64,000 nucleotides of DNA. Origin: Candidatus Krumholzibacteriia bacterium. Lineage in GTDB: Bacteria > Krumholzibacteriota > Krumholzibacteriia > LZORAL124-64-63. A model generated the notes under the pieces. The model was given only the letters and a program-made list of their open reading frames with translations, was not told the DNA's origin and did not search any database. Positions 11,001 through 18,496 of this stretch are shown piece by piece. The stretch spans positions 1-64,000 of the forward strand of contig JBFXKG010000008.1 in assembly GCA_050174015.1 (NCBI GenBank). Reading direction: 5' to 3'. Positions within the stretch are counted from its first letter, which is position 1. Each line of letters begins with the position of its first letter. The position numbers were made by a program, and so were the translations under genes.

Positions 11001-13800
11001 CCCGGTGCTGCAGCTCCGCTACCGGGCCTACAACAACGCCTACAACAGCGCCGAGACCTATCTGCAGGTTTCCAGCGACGGAGGCGGCACCTGGGCCACG
11101 CTGGGCCAGCTGGCGAACGTCTCGGTCTGGACGGTCGCCCGGTACTCCCTTGCGAGCTACCAGGGTGAACACAGCTTGCTGCTGCGGGCCCGGGCCTACG
11201 ACGGCGATTCGGGCAGCGCCAATCCCTGGTGCGACGTCGAGGACCTGGCCGTCACCGAGGCCTACGATCTGACGCCCATGGCCGACTTCTGCCGCCTGGA
11301 CTACCCCGAACGCATCTGGCTCAGTGCGGGACAGACCAGCTCGGTCATCACGGGCCGGGTCCACGAGCCCGGGGTCACGGACGCCGCAGGCCAGGGTGCC
11401 GGCGTCCGCGTGCAGCTGGGCTGGGGCCCCGCCGGGACCATGCCCATGGATCCGGCCAGCGCCTGGATCTTCAGCGACGCGGTCTACGCCGGCGACGCGG
11501 ACGGGGCCACCGTCGACCTCTACCAGGGCCACCTGGTGGCGGGCGCCGTCGGCCAGTACGACTACTGCTTCCGCACCAGCCTGAACGACGGGGACTTCTG
11601 GCTCTACGCCGACCTCGACGGCAACACGGTCGGCCAGGGTGCATTCGACTACTACGAGCGGGCGCAGGCCGGCCGCATGGTCGTGACCGTCGCCCCCGAC
11701 ATGGTGCTCAGCGCCACGGCCGTCGAGCTGTCCCTGCCGGTGGGCCAGGTGACCAGCCGGGTGCTGACTGTGGGCAACGAGGGGGTGGGACCCCTGGCTT
11801 TCGCGGCCGATGAGGCGACCGCCCCGCCGGCGCCCGCCGAGGTGACCTGGCTGTCGGTGGCGCCCGCCGAGGGCACCGTCCAGCCGCAGGCCTTCGCCCA
11901 GCTGGCGATCGCGATCGACGGCACGAACCTGAGCGAGGGCGATTACACCGCCACCGTGATGCTCTACTCCAACGACCCGGGCCAGCCGCGCCTGGACATC
12001 CCCGTCACCGTGCACATGGTGCCGCCGAGCGCGCCCCACGTGTCGGGAACCGTTCTTGACGTGGACTTCGCCGCCCCGCAGAACAGCGCCTTCGTGGAAC
12101 TGTACTCGGGGACGGCGCTGATCGGCCAGGCCACAGCGGGTGGCAACGGGTACTTCAGCATCTTCGGCGTGCCCGCCGGAACCTACCAGATCCGCGCGCA
12201 CAGCGAGGGCTACTACCCGGTCACGGCCGAGGTGACCGCCCCGGTGAGCGACGTGGCCCTGGTGCTGCACCGCGTCCCGTACTTCACGCCGACCAACACG
12301 AACGTCAACTTCTACGGTGAGCTCAGCTACCTCGACGGCGAGCTGCTGCGCAAGGGCGACGTGGTCACGGTCCAGGACCAGGACGGTATCGTCTGCGGTT
12401 CGTTCGACGTCCAGGTCGCCGGCTCCTACGGCTTCCTGCACGCCTACGGCGACGACCCGACCACGCCAGGGGTGGACGAGGGCGCCGAACCGGGGGACGT
12501 CCTGACCTTCCGGGTCAACGGCGAGCCGGCCTTCACCATGGGACCGGACACCGCGGTGTGGACCGGGGACGGGGACATCCGGCAGGTGGAGCTGTCGGCG
12601 GTCACCGTGACCGTCGATCGGATCCCCCTGAACGCCGGGTGGAACCTGGTGTCGTTCAACCGGGCGCCGCTGGATGATGCGGTGGCTGTGGTGTTGGAGG
12701 ACCAGATTGCCAGCGGCAATCTGGTCATAGCCTACGGATTCGACCAGCAGTGGGGCGGGGCGGTCACCTACGATCCGCTGCACCCCGAACTGAGCGATCT
12801 CGACACGATGGATCCCCAGCACGGCTACTGGCTCAAGGTCACCGCGCCGGACACCCTCGCGGTCGACGGCGCCATGTTCTGGCCCGACAATCCGCTGATC
12901 CTCGAGGGCGGCTGGAACCTGACCAGCTACCTGCCCGAGGAATCGCGCGGCGTGGTGCGGGCCCTCGGCTCGATCGACGGGGCGTACAGCCTGGTGAGCG
13001 GGTTCGAGGGCGGGGCATTGACCTACGATCCGCTGCATCCGGAGTTCAGCACCCTCGAGTACCTGCGCAACGGGTTCGGCTACTGGCTGAAGATGGATTA
13101 CTCCGCCGAGCTGGTCTACGATCAGGGCGGCGCCAAGTCCGGCGTCCGCAAACTGGACGACGTGGTGGTCCTCGACCTTACGCCCACCCCGTGGTGGGAC
13201 AGCTTCTACGGCGTGGCCAACATGGAGGGCACGCCGCTGCAGGTGGGCGAAACCATCCGGGCCATCGATCCCGACGGCGTGATCTGCGGCACGTTCGTCT
13301 GCCGCCAGCAGGGCATCTACGGGTACATGCCGATCTACGGCGATGATCCCACGACCCCCGAGGACGAGGGCGCGACCGCCGGCGACCGCATCATCTTCGC
13401 CTACGGCCCCGCGGGCGGGATGCAGACCCCGCCGGAGATCACCTGGCGCGGCGACCAGTCGCTGGTCCAGTTCGACCTGGACTTCCTGACGGGCGCGGAC
13501 GACGGCGCAGGCGACCTGCCCCGGCAGTTCGCGGTGCACGGCGCGCATCCCAACCCGTTCAATCCCATGACGGAGATCAGCTACGACCTGCCCCGCACGG
13601 CGCAGGTCGAGGTCGCGGTCTTCGACGTGGCGGGCCGCCTGATCACCAGGCTGGTGGACGGGGTCCAGGAGGCCGGCCGCAAGACCGTCCGCTGGAGGGG
13701 CCTGGACGACGCGGGCCGCCCCGTGGCCACCGGCGTGTACTTCTGCGGGGTCAGGTCTGGAGGTGAGACCGGCCTGACCAAGATGCTGCTCATCAAGTAG
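5056..13800 (+). CDS. Giant (2914 aa) secreted modular adhesin-like protein with a T9SS type-A C-terminal sorting domain
   Basis: Architecture: signal peptide; N-terminal FN3-like domain; five tandem ~410-aa super-repeats, each made of two MAM/choice-of-anchor-J-like beta-sandwich modules (FWH.YGF.TNADFGYVDVSTDGGAS...YRGQ.L.LRFR....GW.IDD) plus an FN3; a CarboxypepD_reg-like domain; repeated GDDPTTP.DEGA motifs; CTD ...PNPFNPMTEISYDL...GVYFCGVRSGGETGLTKMLLIK. Confidence 0.9.
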   Translation: MKRLFFALLLGLVCPGALLAADRIEVYPVLDPAAVKAMPEHHGLVRGSHDVELAWARVDLPDVAGFRILGARADAPDGKDALLAEVTGPDAVSARIGGLMVGTAYRFTVAAVDGDGTVLAVSDPVVGITAANAYPWADDLEGTLDDWDTAGSQWALTDSWSSSPTHSFTDSPDSNYQNATGRKLVTAVNLMTAQKPVLVFKQFYNILTDGDAGLVEVSTDAGSNWAVVGAVTGSSGGWLTERIDLSPYRGNLNLQIRWRLLTGTSGVSDGWYVDDVSVAETPYPVLSLPVYDNVNNAAHSDSLWFDAAWQRRTGGSDPGYCFDDSPWTPISDYLTSKLTLVNDVDLSSATHPWLVFQHKVDLAFQNFAKVEASIDGGANWSVLRTWTGPVAVADWTQVVVDLSAYAGGYLRLRFHLQNQGVNDGGGWELDKIQIQDVPETLALSLTANNSTRADLGWTAYSGGDFGSYEVYRSTTGDFLLDKDLVGTITASGTTILQDPVDAGTAYYYQVFVANTEGRYLGRSQILHRPAFALPVSAYPYVTDLESGGSEFMPGGTWALTTETANSGATSWSDSPGGNYANGTQHALTLQVDLAGGAATRPALAFWHQYGFESNADFGYLDVSTDGGATFVPIYVVTGTSGGWEQADMDLTSYRGQVLQVRWRVATSGSGQADGWHVDDIVLAENMESSPVYPLVDDFNDTAVTQARWLAGSFDLVTPSDNGTAYWTNRPAGGLADLYPGATSLVLGRPLDLSGAVEPQLRFRYRAFDNPYNTVETYLQASTDEGNTWTTLLRLGDSTSWTTAQVSMDTYGGAPSVLLRFHSYDYENGGASPWCDIEDFSLTDQPQDVTISLADNQPYEATLGWDATADPDFARYVIKYGTSPNLTVTSNTLTEITAAGTTSYVHSGLSPYDVYYYKVFVYDTQGVSSDGSNEITRPVLEPVLLSYPFNDDLEGGAGNFLADLPWAPSTETAHSGSWSWSDSPGANYANSLTSSFVFEVDLDGGAAVRPELSFWHQYGLQTGADYGFVDVSTDGGASYAPVYYVTGTSGQWRHARIDLTDYRGQILTVRFRLKTDASVQDDGWHVDDIALGESVLPDPGYPFFEDFDDSLAVMAQWVPGGFGLKGPGRDGSPYVTNRPSGYLPDYYPGATILGLGGDLDLSAAVHPQAHLWYRGYDNPYNSAQTYLQISQDGGETWTTLRHFGLNDAWTEAQIDLAAYASPVPVQLRLYAYDGESGGSQPYFDVDDFTITETPADVTVTLTDNQAYQATFSWTSAPAPGFGSYILKYGSSPNLTLSSATLATLTGAADTTFTHTGLSPYDTFYYKVFVKDAVGLLSGGSNEIARTPLQPPLLAYPFDDDMESGGDNFLTESPWAVTAETAHGGVWSWSDSPGGNYANNTNSSLVMRVDLGAGGAFRPVLAFWHRYGFETNADFGYVDVSTDGGASWIPVYSVTGSCGSWQKAEVDLTSYRGQVLQLRFRMKTGSSGQADGWHIDDIALGEVLPAPVAYPFHDAMNDSAVTRANWIPGGFVWTAPSGDGTSYWSNRATGALPDLYPGGTIMALRGSLMLAGAVHPQLSFRYRGYDSPYNSANNDVQVSQDGGANWITVKQLGNAADWTYQQVDLTGYVGMVPTLLRFSSYDGESGGSNPYLDLDDVGVSEKPGDVTLAVTDNQEYQATLTWTTPAVPGGFAGYEIKRSATAGITSATTTLAVITDPADTTFTDTGLSPNQNFYYKVFVRDAVGLISDGSNEVARLNLAPPLLAYPFSDDLEGGDGNFLPELPWELTDESAHSGSYSWSDSPHDNYANSLSLSLGLRVDMSGGAAQYPELSFWHLYGFQTNADWGRIEVSTDAGVSWSAISYVTGSSGVWKKERVDLTPYRGNVLWLRFRLSSDGSGQADGWHVDDVTIAERTDAAPVFPFYATFDDSAATAAQWLTGGFERISPSDNGSAYLSDQPTGACLNFYPGSTDLALGGELDLTGSANPVLQLRYRAYNNAYNSAETYLQVSSDGGGTWATLGQLANVSVWTVARYSLASYQGEHSLLLRARAYDGDSGSANPWCDVEDLAVTEAYDLTPMADFCRLDYPERIWLSAGQTSSVITGRVHEPGVTDAAGQGAGVRVQLGWGPAGTMPMDPASAWIFSDAVYAGDADGATVDLYQGHLVAGAVGQYDYCFRTSLNDGDFWLYADLDGNTVGQGAFDYYERAQAGRMVVTVAPDMVLSATAVELSLPVGQVTSRVLTVGNEGVGPLAFAADEATAPPAPAEVTWLSVAPAEGTVQPQAFAQLAIAIDGTNLSEGDYTATVMLYSNDPGQPRLDIPVTVHMVPPSAPHVSGTVLDVDFAAPQNSAFVELYSGTALIGQATAGGNGYFSIFGVPAGTYQIRAHSEGYYPVTAEVTAPVSDVALVLHRVPYFTPTNTNVNFYGELSYLDGELLRKGDVVTVQDQDGIVCGSFDVQVAGSYGFLHAYGDDPTTPGVDEGAEPGDVLTFRVNGEPAFTMGPDTAVWTGDGDIRQVELSAVTVTVDRIPLNAGWNLVSFNRAPLDDAVAVVLEDQIASGNLVIAYGFDQQWGGAVTYDPLHPELSDLDTMDPQHGYWLKVTAPDTLAVDGAMFWPDNPLILEGGWNLTSYLPEESRGVVRALGSIDGAYSLVSGFEGGALTYDPLHPEFSTLEYLRNGFGYWLKMDYSAELVYDQGGAKSGVRKLDDVVVLDLTPTPWWDSFYGVANMEGTPLQVGETIRAIDPDGVICGTFVCRQQGIYGYMPIYGDDPTTPEDEGATAGDRIIFAYGPAGGMQTPPEITWRGDQSLVQFDLDFLTGADDGAGDLPRQFAVHGAHPNPFNPMTEISYDLPRTAQVEVAVFDVAGRLITRLVDGVQEAGRKTVRWRGLDDAGRPVATGVYFCGVRSGGETGLTKMLLIK
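6661..11560 (+). repeat. Four in-frame tandem protein-coding repeats of ~1225 nt (units starting near 6661, 7889, 9111, 10339); a fifth, more divergent copy at ~5452-6660
   Basis: Each unit starts at a recurring (S/A)YPF.DDLEGG motif and the units are about 55-65% identical at amino-acid level. The periodic antisense ORFs on the minus strand are shadows of this repeat. Confidence 0.7.
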
Positions 13801-13841
13801 CGCCCGTTGGGGGCGCGCCGCCGGTGCGGCGCGGTGGAGAC

Positions 13842-13871
13842 GGCCGCCGGACCCTCAGGGGTCCGGCGGCC
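13842..13871 (+). terminator. Perfect 12-bp GC hairpin (GCCGCCGGACCC-TCAG-GGGTCCGGCGGC) about 40 nt after the giant gene stop
   Basis: Read from the sequence, followed by a weak UGUAUU tail. Confidence 0.5.
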
Positions 13872-13901
13872 TGTATTCAGAACGGTTGCGCCTTGATGTG
13901 A

Positions 13902-14025
13902 TTTTCCGCGGAAAAGTCAGAGAACTGCCTCATATGAGGCTATTTCGGTCACGGGATCGTGATGACGAGGGCCCTGGAAAGAGTGGGCGCGCGCGGCCCC
14001 CCGGGGGGGGGGGTCGTGGTATAAT
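13902..14025 (+). promoter_or_regulatory. Palindrome-dense intergenic region ending in an extended -10 promoter
   Basis: Contains TTTTCCGCGGAAAA, GCCTCATATGAGGC, TCACGggatCGTGA, a C6G11 homopolymer junction and TGGTATAAT (~14017-14025), then a GGTGAGG RBS and an ATG at 14071. Confidence 0.35.
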
Positions 14026-14070
14026 CGAAGGTGGGCTATTTCAGCGGATTTCATCGTCGGTGAGGCGGAC

Positions 14071-14784
14071 ATGCTCTTTTCATTATCCCGTGCCCCTCTG
14101 ATCCTGCTTCTCGTTCACCATCCCTGAGACCGGCGGCAACTTCCTGTACGAGGCCAGCATCGAGAACAACACCGGGATCGACACATGGCCGACCTCACCA
14201 TCGAGGCGGTCCTTCCCGACGGGACGGCGTACCCCGTGATGGACCTGCCCGGTGTGGTACTTGCGGGGGCGTCGGTAAGGACCCGGATCGGGATCGTCCA
14301 GGAGGTGCCTGCGGCGGCCCCAGCGGGAACCTACACTTACCGGGTATCGGCGAGCCTGTGGGACACCCTTCTGGTGGACACGGCCGAGCTTCCGTTCGAG
14401 AAACAGGGAGGGGTGGTGGCGGCAGCCGGAGCCATGGCCTGGCCCGTGACCGGCTGGCTGGATGATGACCGGCCTCCCTTTCAGGCGGGAGCGGTAAAGC
14501 CGGTCTTGTACGGCCCCGTCCCCAACCCCTTCAACCCCTCGACCACGGTGACCTTCGAGCTGCCCGCCCAGGAGACCGTCAGCTTGCACGTGTTAGACCA
14601 TCAGGGACGACTGGTCAGGACCCTCCTCAGCGGCGAGGTCGTTGCCCAGGGGCGCCACGAGGCCGTCTGGGACGGACGGGACACCTCCGGCCGGCAGGTT
14701 GCCAGCGGGACGTACTTCTTCCGGCTCGAGGCTGGAGGGCAAGTGGAGACGAAGCGTGCGGTTCTCATCAAGTCATTGTTGTAA
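14071..14784 (+). pseudogene. Frameshifted gene for a small T9SS-CTD protein; reading resumes in frame at 14185 (track ORF 14185..14784)
   Basis: ATG at 14071 with promoter and RBS gives MLFSLSRAPLILLLVHHP and then an in-frame TGA. A protein-like reading (ETGGNFLYEASIENNTGIDTW) continues in the +1 frame. It then returns to frame 0 at ADLTIEAV, where a GG vs GGG homopolymer marks the shift. The product ends with a T9SS CTD (..PNPFNPSTTVTFEL...GTYFFRLEAGGQVETKRAVLIKSLL). Confidence 0.4.
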
Positions 14785-14913
14785 CCTTTTGATCTATGGG
14801 GCACCAGGCGGGTTCGCACGAGCCCGTCTGATTCATCATTCATCAAGTCATTGTCAATTCCAGCCGCGAGGCGTCAGTGCTGTGGTAATATTACTTTTGA
14901 AATAGTTCCAAAA

Positions 14914-14934
14914 CCTCCGTCCGGACGGGGGTTT
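14914..14934. terminator. Hairpin CCTCCG-TCCGGA-CGGGGG followed by a T-run, between convergent genes; better U-tract on the minus strand
   Basis: Read from the sequence, ~55 nt downstream of the STAND regulator stop (minus strand), in an AT-rich pocket. Confidence 0.45.
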
Positions 14935-14989
14935 CGATCACGAAATCATCACGGCCTCCATGCGCCCACCGGCTTCGCCTGCGGCGCAG

Positions 14990-17900
14990 TCATCCCCCCA
15001 CCGAGCTGATCTTACTCGCGAGCTCCGAGAGGCGGGCCGCCGGGACCATGTCCAGATCGCCGATCATGAGTTCTTCATAACGCTGGTAGTCCTGCAGGGC
15101 CTCGGCGCGGTTGCCCAGACGGTACTGGGCGTGCACCAGGTGCCAGTGGAAGTCCTCGCAGTAGCGGTCCTCGCCCAGGCCGCGGCGGCACCAGATGATG
15201 CAATCGTCCCAGGCCTGGTCGCGGGCCAGCAGGTCGAGCAGGCGGGCCAGCCCCCAGCGGAAGGTCTGCAGCAGGTGCTCGCGCTCCACGGTGACGATCT
15301 CGTCGTAGGGCCGCTCGGCGAAGAACGCGCCGCGGTACAGGCCCAGGCCGTCGCGGAGCAGGGGCAGGGCGGCCGCCTCCTCCCCGGTCCGCAGGCAGCG
15401 CCGGGCGCGTTCCAGCAGCGCTTCGAAGGACTCGGCGTCGTAGGAGTAGCCTGGGCCGGGCTCCAGCTTGAGGGCCTCGTTGTGGAACCGGATGTGGCTC
15501 GATTCGGGATCCGCCTGGGGATCGGGTTCGAGCGTGCGGCGCAGCACGAAGATCGTCTGGCGGAGACTGTTGGCCGCCTTCCGTGGATCGGCCTCGGGCC
15601 ACAGGGCTTCCATGACCACGTCCCGGGGAACCCAGGCGAAGCGGTGGCCCAGCAGGAGTTCGAGCAGGCGCAGGGCGCGGCCGGATCGCCAGTCGGCCAG
15701 GTTGAGGGTGCGGCCGCCGCTTGCGATCTCGAAGGGGCCGAGCGCCCGGATGGCCAGCGGCTGGGCGGGCGAGGCGGCAAGGGCAGCCATGGCCTGCCGG
15801 ACGGCCGGATGGCCCGGCGCCTGCGTGGCCTCCCTGAGGATCTCGTGCGCATGGTCGCCGCCGATCTGGGCGACCAGCGCCGCGGCGCGTTCGGCGAGAT
15901 CCGGATCCTCCGCCGTCACCAGGGGGGAGAGGGCGTCAAGCGCGGCCGGTCCCTTCCTGATCAGCAGGCGCGAGGCGTAGGGGATCTCGATGCCCAGGGC
16001 GAGGGCCCTGGCCAGGACGCTGGCTGAAGCCTGCCCGTCCCCGGTCAGGAACAGGAAGTCGTGGTCCTTTTCGCGGGCCCCGGCCAGAAGCTGATCCAGG
16101 GCGCTTTCCACTGACGAGACATCGTCGGGATCATGCGCCAGCCGGTCGATGAGGAGGCGGTGCCGTTCCAGCGCCATCCCCACCCGTTCGATGATCCGCG
16201 ATGCGGCCTGCCACCGGCGCCGGGCCGAGGGCAGCCGCGTCGCGGCATCCATGCGGCCCAGCAGCAGCAGGCTCCGCACCTTCAGGTAGGGATCCTTGAG
16301 GGATCCGGCCAGTTCGAGGGAGTCCTGCGCCAGGCGACGGGCGCGCACGCGGTTCCCAGCGGCCAGCGCCGACTCGGCCAGGGTGATGCGGGGCATGGCG
16401 CGCAGGCCGGTCTCCTTCAGATCCGCTCCGATGCGCAGTGCGCGCTCGGCGTTGCAGTCGCAGCGCTCGGTGTCGCCCTCGAGCAGCGCGCAACGGGCCA
16501 GCGCCAGGTAGGCGTAGCCTTCCATGACCTTGTAGCTGAGGCGGCGGGCGAGCTGCAGGCATTCCTGGGCGAGGGATCCGCCCTCGCGGCATTCGCCGCC
16601 CTCGGCCGCCACCAGGGCCAGCACGCCCAGGCAGTGGCAGATGTTCAGGGTGTCCCGGTGGGCCTGGAAGTGCACCAGCGCCTGGCGGGCGGCGTCCTTG
16701 GCTCCGGTGAAGTCGCCCTTGCGGAAGTTGATGTTCGCGGGCAGCAGGTAGAATCCCCGGTCGGCCGTGGGATTGCTGCCGGCGCGCCGGTACGCGGCGA
16801 GGGATTGCGCGAGGTAGTCCACGCTCTCCTCCAGATGGCCGAGCTCGCAGGCGGCCACGCCGAGCATCCCCAGGAGCCGGCCCCTGGTCGCGCCCGGGAG
16901 GCGCTTCGACCCGTCCAGGGCTCGGCGGCACATGGTGCGGGAGGCGGTGAAGTTCCCCAGCCGCAGCTCCAGCTGGCCCAGCATGCCCAGCAGCTCGGTG
17001 CGCAGGGCGGGCCGGGGATCCTTGCCGAGCGCCTTGCGGTAGGAGGCCCGAGCGGTGTCCCAGTCCCCCTCGACCTCCGCCAGCCGTCCCAGCAGGGACA
17101 GCGCCCCGGGGCTCGCGGCGATCTGCCGCGGATCGAGGGCCGCCAGGGCCTGCCGGATGGTCTCGTTGCGGCCGGCGTCCATCAGCTGCGCGCCGACCTT
17201 CTCCACAAGCTGCAGGACGCGCTGCGGATTCCCCGCCTGGGCGTAGGCCAGCGCCGCATCGGACCAGTCCCCCCGCTTCTCGAGGAGGCCGGCGGCCTTC
17301 GACTGCAATCGCTGCAGCCCGGCCGCGGGGAGGGAATCCTCAAGCCGGGCGGCCAGGAAGTCCCTGAACAGGTGGTGATACCGGAAGGACAGGAGGTCCG
17401 GATCGACGGGAAAGGTGAACAGGTTGCGGTCCGCCAGGGTCTCCAGCCGCCTACGGCTGCCGGTCGTTCCGAGCAAGCCGTCGCACAGGGCGGGCTCCAG
17501 GCGCGGCAGGATCGCGGTCTTCTCCAGGAAGTCGGCCAGGCCGGGCTCGAGGCGCTCCATGACCTCCTCGGCGAAGTAGCGGAACCAGCTCGAACCCGGC
17601 CCGGTCATCCGGGCCAGGGCGGTGTCCATGGCCGAGCAATCGGGGCCCTGGCCCACCTGCAGCAGGATCTGGATGCCCGCGGCCCAGCCCTCGGTCTTGT
17701 CGACGACCCGGCCGCACAGGTCGGGATCGGGCTCGCACCCCTCGAAACGGTGCCGGAACAGGTCGGCCACTTCCTCGGGCGTGTAGGCCAGATCCGCGGA
17801 GCGCAGGTGCGCCACCGCGCCCATGGCCCCCAGCTTCATCACCGGCAGACCGAGCTCCTCGCGGGAGGCGATGACCAGGGTGACGCCCGGCGGGAGATAG

Positions 17901-18340
17901 GGGATCAGCTCGGGCAGGAAGGTGGCGACCGCTTCGCTGCCCCCGAGCAGGTGGACGTCGTCCAGGACGAGGACGACCCCTGCGGGATGGGCGCGGACCC
18001 CGCCCAGCACCGAGGCGAGGACCTGGCGGCGGAGGTCGGGCGCGCCAGGTTCGGGCGCGGGCGCCGGACGCCCGGGATCGGGCAGCAAGGCGAGCAGGTG
18101 GGCGTAGAAGGTGGCCGGGTCGCGGTCCGATGCGTCGCAGCTCAGCCACAGGACGGGACGGCGGCGGGCGGCGGCGCCGGCCGCCACGAACGAGGTCTTG
18201 CCGAAGCCCGCTCCGGCGGTGGCCAGGACCAGGCGCTTGTCGCGCCAATCGTCCCAGAGCGCATCGAGGCGGGGCCGGGGCACGTAGCCGGCCGGCAGGG
18301 GAGGGACGCTGAATTTCGCGGCGTTGATAGGTATGCTCAT
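14990..18340 (-). CDS. STAND-type regulator: N-terminal MalT-like P-loop NTPase, central TPR/helical repeats, C-terminal SARP module (OmpR-type wHTH + BTAD)
   Basis: Walker A ..LATAGAGFGKTSF.. and an N-terminal ..FSVPPLPAGYVPRPRL.. MalT-like signature. The C-terminus has ..ALGPFEI..LRLLELLLG..VPRDVVMEALWPEADPRKAANSLRQTIFVLRR.. followed by a BTAD helical domain. Start is M32 of the track ORF. Confidence 0.75.
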   Translation of the reverse strand: MSIPINAAKFSVPPLPAGYVPRPRLDALWDDWRDKRLVLATAGAGFGKTSFVAAGAAARRRPVLWLSCDASDRDPATFYAHLLALLPDPGRPAPAPEPGAPDLRRQVLASVLGGVRAHPAGVVLVLDDVHLLGGSEAVATFLPELIPYLPPGVTLVIASREELGLPVMKLGAMGAVAHLRSADLAYTPEEVADLFRHRFEGCEPDPDLCGRVVDKTEGWAAGIQILLQVGQGPDCSAMDTALARMTGPGSSWFRYFAEEVMERLEPGLADFLEKTAILPRLEPALCDGLLGTTGSRRRLETLADRNLFTFPVDPDLLSFRYHHLFRDFLAARLEDSLPAAGLQRLQSKAAGLLEKRGDWSDAALAYAQAGNPQRVLQLVEKVGAQLMDAGRNETIRQALAALDPRQIAASPGALSLLGRLAEVEGDWDTARASYRKALGKDPRPALRTELLGMLGQLELRLGNFTASRTMCRRALDGSKRLPGATRGRLLGMLGVAACELGHLEESVDYLAQSLAAYRRAGSNPTADRGFYLLPANINFRKGDFTGAKDAARQALVHFQAHRDTLNICHCLGVLALVAAEGGECREGGSLAQECLQLARRLSYKVMEGYAYLALARCALLEGDTERCDCNAERALRIGADLKETGLRAMPRITLAESALAAGNRVRARRLAQDSLELAGSLKDPYLKVRSLLLLGRMDAATRLPSARRRWQAASRIIERVGMALERHRLLIDRLAHDPDDVSSVESALDQLLAGAREKDHDFLFLTGDGQASASVLARALALGIEIPYASRLLIRKGPAALDALSPLVTAEDPDLAERAAALVAQIGGDHAHEILREATQAPGHPAVRQAMAALAASPAQPLAIRALGPFEIASGGRTLNLADWRSGRALRLLELLLGHRFAWVPRDVVMEALWPEADPRKAANSLRQTIFVLRRTLEPDPQADPESSHIRFHNEALKLEPGPGYSYDAESFEALLERARRCLRTGEEAAALPLLRDGLGLYRGAFFAERPYDEIVTVEREHLLQTFRWGLARLLDLLARDQAWDDCIIWCRRGLGEDRYCEDFHWHLVHAQYRLGNRAEALQDYQRYEELMIGDLDMVPAARLSELASKISSVGG

Positions 18341-18431
18341 GCGACGCTCAGCCAAGGATCCCCACTCCCCCCCGGAGCCTGATGTCGTTGAAATCGGGGG
18401 ATCATTATAGAGCTTTCGGAATGACCATGTC

Positions 18432-18460
18432 AAAAAAAGGGCCCCGATCGTTCGGGGCCC
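18432..18460 (-). terminator. Canonical rho-independent terminator: GGGCCCCGA-tcgt-TCGGGGCCC followed by UUUUUUU on the minus strand
   Basis: Perfect 9-bp stem and T7 tract read from the sequence, 37 nt downstream of the S8 peptidase stop. Confidence 0.65.
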
Positions 18461-18496
18461 TCGTGGGCGAGTCTCCAGGTCATGCAGGTCCCCGGA

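Noticed and set aside
7429-13548. 2039-aa ORF on the minus strand opposite the giant adhesin gene (and companions 5959..7083, 5514..7061, 8205..9257, and others)
   Set aside because: These are antisense shadow ORFs typical of ~70% GC DNA. Their translations are Arg/Gly/Pro-rich and low-complexity with no domain logic, whereas the plus-strand frame gives a coherent modular protein with signal peptide and CTD.
16133-18382. 749-aa plus-strand ORF opposite the STAND regulator, plus 15064..15852, 16131..16931 and 17451..18248 minus-frame ORFs
   Set aside because: Alternative frames of the 3.3-kb regulator gene. Only one frame carries the Walker A, TPR and wHTH/BTAD motifs.
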